From positions 7,410,001 to 7,442,000 of the forward strand of contig NC_010628.1 in the NCBI RefSeq assembly GCF_000020025.1: a stretch of 32,000 bases of DNA. Reading direction: 5' to 3'. Each line of letters begins with the position of its first letter. Position 1 is the first letter of the stretch. The DNA is from Nostoc punctiforme PCC 73102. GTDB lineage: Bacteria > Cyanobacteriota > Cyanobacteriia > Cyanobacteriales > Nostocaceae. Positions 1-8,293 of the stretch are shown piece by piece. Made by a program: the position numbers and the translations under genes. The notes under the pieces were generated by a model. The model saw nothing but the letters and a program-made list of their open reading frames with translations. It was not told the origin of the DNA and searched no databases.

Positions 1-2
1 AT

Positions 3-1313
3 TTACTAGATACATCTTGGACAAATGTTAAACTTTCAAATGGTCAAATTATCACTATTGGTCAAGATATCACGGAGCGCAAGCGAACTGAACTGGCTCT
101 AAAAGGTCAAGCCGAACGCGAGCAATTGATGCGAACTGTTGCTCAACGAATTCGTCAATCTTTGAATCTCCAAGATATTTTGAATGCAACAGTTCAAGAA
201 GTGCGAGATTTACTTGGGGTTGATCGAGTAGTAGTTTATCAGTTTGACTCAGAAATGATCGGTACAATCATGGCGGAGTCAGTAGAACCTGGATGGAGAG
301 TTTCTTTGGGGGTAGAGATTTATGATACGTGTTTTCAAACAGGCAAAGGAGCGGAATATTACCAAGTAAACAAACGAGCGATCGCTAATATTTATGAAGC
401 TGGACTAACTGATTGCCATATTCGCTTATTAGAACAATTTGAAGTCAAAGCAAATTTAGTTGTACCCATTTTACTAGAAGTAAGTTCTCAAACCCCTGGC
501 TCTCACCTTTGGGGTTTATTAATTGCTCACCAATGCTCTGGCTTTCGTGAGTGGGAAAAAAATCAATTAGATTTGCTCGATCAAGTGACAGTCCAATTAG
601 CGATCGCAATTCAACAATCCAGCATCCTTGAGCAAGCTCAAACTGAACTTGTTCAAAGACAAAAAGCTCAAGTCAAATTAAAAAATGCCTTAGCTGAAAA
701 AGAAGTTCTCTTAAAGGAAGTTCATCATCGAGTTAAAAATAATTTGCAAATTGTCTCCAGTTTATTACAACTCCAGTCTCAAACACTCAAAGATCCTGAA
801 GCCATCAAAGTTCTTCGAGAAAGTCAAAACCGAATTGAGTCAATATCTTTAATTCATAAAAATTTGTACACTTCTGCTAATATTGGGCAGATTGATGTTG
901 TCGATTATATAAGTAATTTAGCAGCAAGCCTGCTAATTTCCTATCAAATATGGCCTGAGAGAATTACTCTAGAAACTGATATAGATTCAGTGAATTTGAA
1001 TGTCGATCAAGCTATTGCCTGTGGATTGGTTATTAACGAATTAGTCTCCAATGCTCTCAAGCACGCTTTTCCTAATCAACAAGTAGGTACAATCAGTATT
1101 GCTCTACGCAATATCAATAATAGTATCGAGATGACTATCCAAGATAATGGAATTGGTTTACCAGCTAATTTAGATTGGACAAATACTGATTCTTTGGGTC
1201 TGTCATTAGTATATGACTTGGTTACAGAACAGCTAGAAGGCAACATCACCCTAGAACGTAATCATGGAACAGGATTCAAAATCAAATTTAAGCAGTTAAC
1301 TTTGCATCAGTAA
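3..1313 (+). CDS. Sensor histidine kinase, 5'-truncated by the window edge: PAS C-terminus, DXCF-type cyanobacteriochrome-like GAF, HisKA_2, HATPase
   Basis: The frame of the 126..1313 ORF stays open back to base 3. It reads LLDTSWTNVKLSNGQIITIGQDITERKRTELAL, a typical PAS-domain end plus linker, so the listed TTG/ATG at 126/129 is probably internal. The GAF domain carries DTCF (324-335) and DCH (411-419). The H-box HHRVKNNLQIVSSLLQLQ is the HisKA_2 type. The ATPase N-box is NELVSNALKHAF and the G-box is DNGIGLP. Confidence 0.85.
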   Translation, partial: LLDTSWTNVKLSNGQIITIGQDITERKRTELALKGQAEREQLMRTVAQRIRQSLNLQDILNATVQEVRDLLGVDRVVVYQFDSEMIGTIMAESVEPGWRVSLGVEIYDTCFQTGKGAEYYQVNKRAIANIYEAGLTDCHIRLLEQFEVKANLVVPILLEVSSQTPGSHLWGLLIAHQCSGFREWEKNQLDLLDQVTVQLAIAIQQSSILEQAQTELVQRQKAQVKLKNALAEKEVLLKEVHHRVKNNLQIVSSLLQLQSQTLKDPEAIKVLRESQNRIESISLIHKNLYTSANIGQIDVVDYISNLAASLLISYQIWPERITLETDIDSVNLNVDQAIACGLVINELVSNALKHAFPNQQVGTISIALRNINNSIEMTIQDNGIGLPANLDWTNTDSLGLSLVYDLVTEQLEGNITLERNHGTGFKIKFKQLTLHQ

Positions 1314-1320
1314 ATATCAA

Positions 1321-2832
1321 ATGGGTCAAGCTAGGATTTTAGTTGTTGAAGATGAAGTGATTGTGGCTAGGGCTATTGCTAGCCAACTCAGTCAACTAGG
1401 TTATGTTGTTACGGGAACAGCTTCATCTGGAAAAGTTGCCATAGCTAAGGCATTGGAAACTCAACCAGAGTTAGTATTAATGGATATTATTCTTAAAGGT
1501 GAAATGGACGGTATTGCTACTGCCAGCCATATTCGCGAGCAGTTAGACGTACCTGTAATATTTTTAACTGCTTATGGTGATAATAATACTTTAGAAAGAG
1601 CCAAAATTACCCAACCTTTTGGATACATTGTTAAACCATTTACTACAAAAGATTTAAAGATAGCAATTGAAATCGGTCTTCTAAAACACCAGTTAGAGCG
1701 TGAACTCCGGCAGAATCGAGATCAGTTGGCAACCCTTTTAAACTCAATAAGCGATGCTGTAATCGCTACAAATGAGCAGGGAAAGGTGACATTTATGAAT
1801 CCCGCAGCCGAGACACTAACTGGCTGGCAGCAAAAAGATGCTTTAGGAAATGAGGCAGCAAATATTTTTCATATTGTCGATGAAGCCACAGATACTATAT
1901 TAGAAAACCCAGTGACAAAAGTGCTGCGAGAGCAGCAAGTTGTTTATTTAGAGGAATTCACATCTCTGATTAGAAGAGACGGAAAAAGAGTTCCAATTGG
2001 TGATAGTGCTTCGCCACTGAAGGAAGGGCCAGATAAAATAAATGGTGTAGTAGTTGTTTTCTGGGATCTTAGCGATCGCCGCCAAACAAAAGTGCTAGAG
2101 AAAGCATTAGAAAAGGAGCAAGAACTTAACCGTCTCAAATCCTTATTTATCTCTACCGTATCTCATGAGTTCCGTAATCCCCTGACTGTTATTCAAACGG
2201 CAGTAGAGCTTATAGAGATGAAAGGAGGAAATTTGACAGATGAAAAAAGAGGAATTTATTTAAAGCGAATTCAAGGTGCTGTGCAGTCTATGGAAAAACT
2301 CATGGAAGAAGTGCTGTTTGTGGGTCGAGCGGAGGCAAAAAAACTTGTATATAACCCTGCTCCACTTAACTTAGAGCAATTCTGTCTAGAGTTAATTAAA
2401 GATTTTTCTATTGTTGAAAGTAGCGAGTGTGAAGTTGTTTTTACCTGTCATAGCGATCGCACTGACGCTGTAATGGATGAAGGACTATTAAATTATATGT
2501 TCGGGAATCTCCTCTCAAATGCGATTAAATATTCTCCAAGAGGTGGCAAGATTCAGTTTAATTTAATATGCGATCCAATTGAGAAGGTAGCAATTTTTTA
2601 TATTCAAGATCAAGGTATGGGCATTCCAGAAGCAGATCAAGCTAGACTTTTTGAATCATTTTACCGAGGCTCAAATGTCCAATCAATTAAGGGTACTGGG
2701 TTAGGCTTAGTAATCGTTAAAAGGTGCGTTGATGCTCACAGGGGTCAAATTAGTGTTACAAGTCAAATTGGAGTCGGTACTACATTTACAGTAATTTTGC
2801 CCTTAAATTCCGATAGCTCAAGCGAAAGCTAG
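1321..2832 (+). CDS. Hybrid two-component protein: N-terminal receiver (REC), PAS, HisKA, HATPase_c
   Basis: The REC signature is ILVVEDE...LVLMDIILKG...IVKPF. The PAS region is LLNSISDAVIATNEQGKVTFMNPAAETLTGW. The H-box is STVSHEFRNPLT, the N-box is NLLSNAIKYSP, and the G-boxes are QDQGMGIP and GTGLGL. It starts 7 bp after the upstream kinase stop. Confidence 0.9.
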   Translation: MGQARILVVEDEVIVARAIASQLSQLGYVVTGTASSGKVAIAKALETQPELVLMDIILKGEMDGIATASHIREQLDVPVIFLTAYGDNNTLERAKITQPFGYIVKPFTTKDLKIAIEIGLLKHQLERELRQNRDQLATLLNSISDAVIATNEQGKVTFMNPAAETLTGWQQKDALGNEAANIFHIVDEATDTILENPVTKVLREQQVVYLEEFTSLIRRDGKRVPIGDSASPLKEGPDKINGVVVVFWDLSDRRQTKVLEKALEKEQELNRLKSLFISTVSHEFRNPLTVIQTAVELIEMKGGNLTDEKRGIYLKRIQGAVQSMEKLMEEVLFVGRAEAKKLVYNPAPLNLEQFCLELIKDFSIVESSECEVVFTCHSDRTDAVMDEGLLNYMFGNLLSNAIKYSPRGGKIQFNLICDPIEKVAIFYIQDQGMGIPEADQARLFESFYRGSNVQSIKGTGLGLVIVKRCVDAHRGQISVTSQIGVGTTFTVILPLNSDSSSES

Positions 2833-3058
2833 AGGTAGTTTTATTTTGAGAATCAAATTGATTATGAAATAGCCTTTTCCTCTACTTATTTCAAGTACTA
2901 CAAATTACACTCCTGCTCAAAAAATTGTGTTAACGATGAAATCGCAATCGCTTATTTTTCGCTAAAATTTGTCTGAAAAAGCAGTAATATCAGGGTTTTT
3001 GCGAAGAATATTTCCAGATGCTAGTATTGTTAATCGGGTTTATGTACGGGTATTCAGT

Positions 3059-4372
3059 ATGCTTCCCATAGAGACTGTTCTCAAAGATTCAGAGCAAGTC
3101 ACTCGGTTGTTTTCTCATCTTGAATTTGATGGAAAAAAGTTTAATCATCAACCAGGTAGTGTATTGGGGAGTACTGCATTGATTGCGGGAACCACGGTTG
3201 GGGCTGGAATTCTCGCCCTACCAGCCGTTACTCTGCCGTCTGGTATTGTACCATCCACATCTGGACTGATTGCTGTTTGGCTCTACGCTTTAGTTTCAGG
3301 GTTATTGGTTGCAGAAGTTACCTTAAACACGATGCGAACAGAAGGGCGTGTAAGCATAGGTTTTTTGGGAGTTGTTGAGAAAATCCTTGGTAAGCTGGGA
3401 GCGCAAATGGCTGGCGGTGCATATTTATTTATGCATTATGCTCTTTTGGTGGCATACATCACCCAAGGTGGAGAGATTTTAGGATATGCGGCAGCAAAAA
3501 TCTGGAGTGTGCAGATATTACCGGCGTGGATGGGCACAACGACTTTCACGCTGTTATTTGGTGGCATTATGTATCTTGGGCGAGAAAAGTTTATTGAGAA
3601 ATTAAACAGTGCCTTTGTCGGAATTGTCATCGTTTCTTTTTTTGGATTATTGTTTTTCGCAGGAAGGCACATTCAGAGTGCCCAACTCTTATTTCAGAAC
3701 TGGAGTGCCCTTGGTAGTGCTATTTCAGTGATGTCTGTGGCGCTATTTTTCCAAAACGTTGTGCCGTTAGTTGTGACGCAACTTGAAGGGGATGCCGGCA
3801 AAATTCGTCAGTCTATCTTAATTGGTTCTGTGATTCCTCTAATTATGTTCTTGGCATGGAATGCCGTAATTTTAGGAAGCATCAGTCCTGATATGCAATA
3901 TGGTACATCTGATGGTAGAACTGTTTTTGACCCACTGCAAATTCTCCGAGCAGGTGGTGCAGGGGAATGGTTAGGAGTGCTAGTATCTATATTTTCAGAG
4001 TTTGCGATCGTCACATCATTCATTGGATTTGTGTACGGATTGCTGGATTTGTTCGAAGATATTTTTCTTGGACAGAGCAAGCTTTCTAACCGTTTTCCCC
4101 TCTATTCACTGGTTCTTTTCCCGCCGATGACTCTCGGTACGCTCAATCCCAGCATCTTTTTTACTGCTCTAGATTACACTGGAACGTTCAGTATCTCAGT
4201 TCTGGGTGGAATAATTCCGGCGTTAATGAGTTGGAAGCAACGTCAAGAACAAGAAAACTCAGATAGCACAAATCAACTACTCGTTCCTGGTGGAAAGTTG
4301 ACACTCATTGTGATGATTGGAGTGGCATTAACCATGATGGGAAGACAAATTTTAGTAATTTACACAGAGTAA
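3059..4372 (+). CDS. Amino acid permease of the aromatic amino acid (Trp/Tyr permease, TyrP/Mtr-like) family
   Basis: It is a polytopic membrane protein of about 11 hydrophobic segments. The N-terminal motif GSTALIAGTTVGAGILALP resembles the TyrP/Mtr family signature. The start is uncertain: I chose the ATG at 3059, while the ORF track's longest form begins at TTG 2969. Confidence 0.7.
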   Translation: MLPIETVLKDSEQVTRLFSHLEFDGKKFNHQPGSVLGSTALIAGTTVGAGILALPAVTLPSGIVPSTSGLIAVWLYALVSGLLVAEVTLNTMRTEGRVSIGFLGVVEKILGKLGAQMAGGAYLFMHYALLVAYITQGGEILGYAAAKIWSVQILPAWMGTTTFTLLFGGIMYLGREKFIEKLNSAFVGIVIVSFFGLLFFAGRHIQSAQLLFQNWSALGSAISVMSVALFFQNVVPLVVTQLEGDAGKIRQSILIGSVIPLIMFLAWNAVILGSISPDMQYGTSDGRTVFDPLQILRAGGAGEWLGVLVSIFSEFAIVTSFIGFVYGLLDLFEDIFLGQSKLSNRFPLYSLVLFPPMTLGTLNPSIFFTALDYTGTFSISVLGGIIPALMSWKQRQEQENSDSTNQLLVPGGKLTLIVMIGVALTMMGRQILVIYTE

Positions 4373-4635
4373 AACCATAGTAAAATCCAAGGTACTATTA
4401 TTGACCATCTACAACGTAAAAAGCGATCGCAACTTAGAAAACTTTATTAGTAGCACAGCGATCGCACTAGCAACCAACCAAATCGCATCTTCAGTTTTAA
4501 CGTATCGCGTTTTGTGAAGCATTGTTACTGGAATGCTAACCAGTATAATAACCTGGATATTCTTTACAAAAATTCGCCGCTAATCACTCTTGGCTTTGCA
4601 TCCTTTGCGTCCTTTGCGGTTCGATATCCTAAACC

Positions 4636-5544
4636 ATGTCCACTCAACCCACAATCCAAAGTATATATACCGATGGTGCTTGCACCGGCAACCCTGGCCC
4701 TGGTGGTTGGGGAGTTGTCGTCTACTTTAGCGATGGCTCAATCCACGAAATGGGCGATGCATCGCCTCATACCACCAATAATAAAATGGAAATGCAAGCT
4801 GCGATCGCAGCTCTCCAATTTCTGCAAACATCTCAACAAGCACAACCAATCACCCTTCATACCGATAGCGAATACCTGATTAACTGCGTAACCAAGTGGG
4901 TGAAAGGCTGGAAAAAGAAAGGCTGGAAAAAGTCAGATGGTAAACCCGTCCAAAACCAAGAGCTTTTGGAAACTCTTGATGAACTCAATACCCAACAGGT
5001 AAAATGGCAACACGTCAGGGGACATTCTGGTAACATAGGTAACGAACGTTGTGATGCGATCGCTCGCACTTATGCTAGTGGCAAAATTCCTTCGCTACAA
5101 CAATTTACTTCTACAAATTTTTATAAATCTTTACCTTCCACAAATGAACTAAATGTAGCAAAAGTAGCTGATTATGAAAAAAAGTCTCGAATAATTAACC
5201 AAAGTAACCAAGAAATCAGTACTTCTGCACTAGAAATAACCGTTATGGAACCATCAACTGGGCCTACTGCGGCCACTATCGATGAAAAACCGGCAGAAAT
5301 GAGGGTTTCGCAACTCCGCAGCTTGGTCGAAACTCTGCGTATCGCTGACGAAATTTCAGAAAAAGGCTACTTAATCACCAGTTCTGAGTTAGCAGACTTG
5401 ATGGATGTCCACGCCAGCGCTGTTACCAGTCGGGGAGATCAATGGCGCTGGCGAAACTGGATAGTGTCACGGGTACGCCGTGAAGGAAATCAAATTCTTT
5501 GGGAACTGGAACGCGGGGATCAAGTAGGAGGTGAAGAGGAATAG
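4636..5544 (+). CDS. rnhA: Ribonuclease HI with a ~150-aa C-terminal extension (low-complexity linker plus HTH-like domain)
   Basis: The N-terminal ~145 aa have the RNase HI DEDD catalytic pattern: IYTDGAC..GPGGWG, NNKMEMQAAI, LHTDSEY, GHSGNIGNERCDAIAR. Residues ~150-215 are S/T/N/Q-rich. Residues ~220-295 contain ITSSELADLMDVHASAVTSRG followed by WRWRNWIVSRVRREGNQILWELER. Confidence 0.85.
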   Translation: MSTQPTIQSIYTDGACTGNPGPGGWGVVVYFSDGSIHEMGDASPHTTNNKMEMQAAIAALQFLQTSQQAQPITLHTDSEYLINCVTKWVKGWKKKGWKKSDGKPVQNQELLETLDELNTQQVKWQHVRGHSGNIGNERCDAIARTYASGKIPSLQQFTSTNFYKSLPSTNELNVAKVADYEKKSRIINQSNQEISTSALEITVMEPSTGPTAATIDEKPAEMRVSQLRSLVETLRIADEISEKGYLITSSELADLMDVHASAVTSRGDQWRWRNWIVSRVRREGNQILWELERGDQVGGEEE

Positions 5545-5638
5545 GGAGTAGGGAGTACTGAGTGCTGAGTTGTGAATTTTTAACTCTTCACTCTAAACTC
5601 TTCACTACTCACTCTAAACTTCCTACTCAGCACTATAC
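5544..5638. repeat. STRR-like heptamer arrays in opposed orientation at a convergent gene junction
   Basis: The left arm is TAGGGAG TAGGGAG TACTGAG TGCTGAG. The right arm is ACTCTTC ACTCTAA ACTCTTC ACTACTC ACTCTAA ACTTCCT ACTCAGC. AGTGCTGAGT (5561-5570) is the exact reverse complement of ACTCAGCACT (5625-5634). The right arm overlaps the last codons and the stop of the GT2 gene. Confidence 0.7.
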
Positions 5639-6867
5639 TTGCGTCCTCGCCACTCGCGTGGCTTGTGGAACGCAGATAAGAAGATTCGTAGCACAGCTAG
5701 GGGATCGGCTAAAGGGGAAAGCCAGAATAACCAGCCGCCTTTAGCACTTTTGCGATCGTAGGAAGGTGCGATCGCAATTAGCATCGCAAAGCGAATCACT
5801 ACTAAGAATAAATTCAGTCCCAGTAGAAGAAGTAGGGGAGCGGGTAGAGACGAGTTTAATCGCGTCTGTAGCGAGTACGAGAGTGAGGGAGAAATTAATA
5901 AAAAACTGAGGACAATTAAAAGGGGTAGACCTTGAACAGATGTGAGTAGCCATAAATCTCCCCACAACTGGGAACGAGAAGTTGCATCTTTAAGGTCAAG
6001 ACTCCGCCCCCATTCCTTCCACGTCTCCATCGCCCCTTCATACATTCGTACTTTCAGCACCTTTGCGCCATCTAAAAAGCCAACTTTATACCCAAGAGTC
6101 GCAATATTTCGTGCCAAGGTGACATCATCACAAAAAGAACTACTGGCGCTGCTGTAACCACCCACAGCAGCTAAAACGGAGCGACGACACAAAAAACACT
6201 GCCCATTTGCCATCACCCGTTCAGGGTGCTCTGCATTAATGCCAGCAGGGTCAAATCGGTAAAGTAAAGTCATCAACAAAGCTGGTTGTAGCCAGCATTC
6301 CCCTGGATATTTGAGGATAAACTGGGGCGAAAGGGAAACTAAGTCATAGCCTTGTGCTTCGGCCGTCTTCACTAAACCCGCAACCAAACCAGGATGTGGT
6401 TGAATATCAGCATCCAGACCCAAAAACCACTGACTATCCTCAGAGCTATATAGAAAACCGTTATGCAATGCCCAAGGTCGCCCCACCCAACCAGAAGGTA
6501 AAGGATCATCCGTCATCACACGAAAGCGCGGATCTTTTTGCTGTGTGGCTTTTACTAAGTCGGGTGTACCATCACTGGAGTTGCTATCTACAACAAGAAT
6601 TTCCCGAACTTCGTAGCTTTGCTGACTTAAACCAGCTAACAGAGGGCTAATGCGAAGCGCTTCATTCAGTGTGGGAACTACGACACTAACCTTACCTAAA
6701 AGGTCTGGCGTTGGCTGTTGCGGTTTTATTGGTGGTAGCCGTCTTGGCCCCTTTAACAAGCGCGAAAACAGAATCGCCGTTGCTGGTACTTGAATAAGTA
6801 GCAATAAAAAGGATATGGCACTTTCTACTATTAAAGCGTTGTCTACTGTTGTCAAAATACTTATCAA
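5623..6867 (-). CDS. Membrane-anchored family-2 glycosyltransferase, CruG-like (candidate carotenoid 2'-O-glycosyltransferase)
   Basis: The GT2 core is VSVVVPTLNEA...ILVVDSNSSDGT...LGLDADI, with an N-terminal TM segment and C-terminal TM segments. It lies directly downstream of and co-oriented with a CruF-like membrane protein. The start is a TTG at 6867 and may differ. Confidence 0.75.
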   Translation of the reverse strand: MISILTTVDNALIVESAISFLLLLIQVPATAILFSRLLKGPRRLPPIKPQQPTPDLLGKVSVVVPTLNEALRISPLLAGLSQQSYEVREILVVDSNSSDGTPDLVKATQQKDPRFRVMTDDPLPSGWVGRPWALHNGFLYSSEDSQWFLGLDADIQPHPGLVAGLVKTAEAQGYDLVSLSPQFILKYPGECWLQPALLMTLLYRFDPAGINAEHPERVMANGQCFLCRRSVLAAVGGYSSASSSFCDDVTLARNIATLGYKVGFLDGAKVLKVRMYEGAMETWKEWGRSLDLKDATSRSQLWGDLWLLTSVQGLPLLIVLSFLLISPSLSYSLQTRLNSSLPAPLLLLLGLNLFLVVIRFAMLIAIAPSYDRKSAKGGWLFWLSPLADPLAVLRIFLSAFHKPREWRGRKYSAE

Positions 6868-6893
6868 TTAAAAGTGCGACTATACAAAATAAA

Positions 6894-6922
6894 TGGGAAT
6901 TGGGAATTGGGAATTGGGAATT
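6894..6922. repeat. Perfect heptamer tandem repeat (TGGGAAT/GGGAATT) x4
   Basis: tgggaattgggaattgggaattgggaatt is read directly. It sits in the 100-bp gap between the CruF-like stop (6968) and the GT2 start (6867). Confidence 0.95.
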
Positions 6923-6967
6923 GCTAACTTTCCCTATTACTCTATTCCCCATTCCGCAATTTCTAGG

Positions 6968-7876
6968 CTATTTCAAGGCAACTTCAACCTTTGCTACTGA
7001 GACTTCTTGGCTTACTGGTTCAACAGCAACTTGAGTAGCTGTGGTTGAACTTCTTAACCACAGCGCCACTGCGGGAACCACACCAAGGAACAAGCCGAGC
7101 AATACAGGGATGGAGAAGCCAGCAGCTAAACTTAACCCAGCGGCGAAGGCAAAGTTAGTTAAATAAACGACTAAGGGTAGATTGAGTTGCGATCGCTCTA
7201 ATTTTATCGATGTGTTTCTCCACAACAAGCCTGCCACACTCATAAACAGGGCGCTAGTGCCAAACCAACCTGCATAGTTCTGGTAAGGTGTGCCAAAGAA
7301 AGCTCCTGGTTGTTCCCAATACCAAAAAGGCAGAGAAGTTTGACTCATCGCTGGCTCAAGGGCAAAATCCCAGCAAGTGAAGAGTAAAGCACCAACAGCT
7401 ATAGCCGCAATATGGCGACCCCAACTGGGCTTTTGAGCCACTTTCAAACCAGTTCTCGCAATTAAATAAGACGACAGTCCAACATAGAACCAAGACAAAG
7501 GAATTGTGAAAGGAACTAGCCCTGCAATCTTATAACCCAAGCCACTCAAGTAGCTATAATCTCCAAATGGAAAACCTGTGCTGGTTCCCAGTAGTTCACT
7601 TCCTAAAGAGATAAGCATAGCCGGCAGCATAAATGCTAGCCAAGTTCCCAATCCCAGCGTCCGGTAGGCATAAATAGAGACAGCTATTGTCCCCAAAATG
7701 ATATCAACTACACCGCCGCCTGCCATACTTAACTGTATGGCAGTTTCTCCAACCTGCGATAAGTTAAAAATTATGTCGGCATTAGGTATGACCAGTAGCA
7801 TCCCTACCAGTCCGAAGGCTTTTGACACGATATGACCAATCAGGCATACGCGCTCAACGATAACAAGTTGTCTCAT
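6968..7876 (-). CDS. Integral membrane carotenoid biosynthesis protein, CruF-like (carotenoid 1',2'-hydratase family, formerly DUF422)
   Basis: It is 302 aa with about 7 hydrophobic segments. The motif GFPFGDYSYLSGLGYKIAGLVPFTIPLSWF matches my recollection of the Caroten_synth/CruF family core. It is paired in synteny with a membrane GT2, as in the cruF-cruG arrangement. Confidence 0.6.
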   Translation of the reverse strand: MRQLVIVERVCLIGHIVSKAFGLVGMLLVIPNADIIFNLSQVGETAIQLSMAGGGVVDIILGTIAVSIYAYRTLGLGTWLAFMLPAMLISLGSELLGTSTGFPFGDYSYLSGLGYKIAGLVPFTIPLSWFYVGLSSYLIARTGLKVAQKPSWGRHIAAIAVGALLFTCWDFALEPAMSQTSLPFWYWEQPGAFFGTPYQNYAGWFGTSALFMSVAGLLWRNTSIKLERSQLNLPLVVYLTNFAFAAGLSLAAGFSIPVLLGLFLGVVPAVALWLRSSTTATQVAVEPVSQEVSVAKVEVALK

Positions 7877-8293
7877 GATAATTCCTTAACAAGATGTGAC
7901 ACGCGGCTACTCGGCTGCTAACAGTTTACAAATGTTTAACAACATATTTAAATACTTTGTGCCGCAATTCTCTACAAACTTGTTTGGCTTTCTTGGGAAG
8001 AGCATAACAGCCGATTGATTGAAGCTAGAAGAAATATGATGATAAACCTACTAGTCTAAGCTATATATTCAAAATCTACATAATTACATCTGCAAAAAAT
8101 TCTGGTTTTTTGTTCTACTGATACCCGTATGATAAAAAATTCCTTCCATGCAGGGATCTCATTGAGTGAAGAAAACTATTATAAATTAACTAAGCCCTAA
8201 AGTGAAGAATGATACATTTATGCCAGAAAATTACGCCAGGGAATACGAAGTATACCGTAATCTAGAAGTTGTCGATGAATAACTTCTAACTTA

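Noticed and set aside
4544-4549. Consensus TATAAT hexamer ~90 bp upstream of rnhA, as a -10 box
   Set aside because: There is no acceptable -35 element at 16-18 bp spacing, and a lone TATAAT is common in AT-rich intergenic DNA. This is not enough to call a promoter.
4593-4630. tRNA-like GGTTCGAT motif and CCTTTGCR short repeats upstream of rnhA
   Set aside because: The flanks cannot form a T-arm stem, and no acceptor or anticodon arms can be drawn. It is just a short tandem motif (tcctttgcg x ~3).
4514-4879. 121-aa ORF overlapping the start of rnhA
   Set aside because: It is out of frame with a clearly recognisable RNase HI domain. It has no recognisable motifs, and its 5' part lies in repeat- and HIP1-bearing intergenic DNA.
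5562-6650. Several + strand ORFs (60-98 aa) across the GT2 gene
   Set aside because: They are shadow ORFs opposite a well-supported 414-aa GT2 coding frame.
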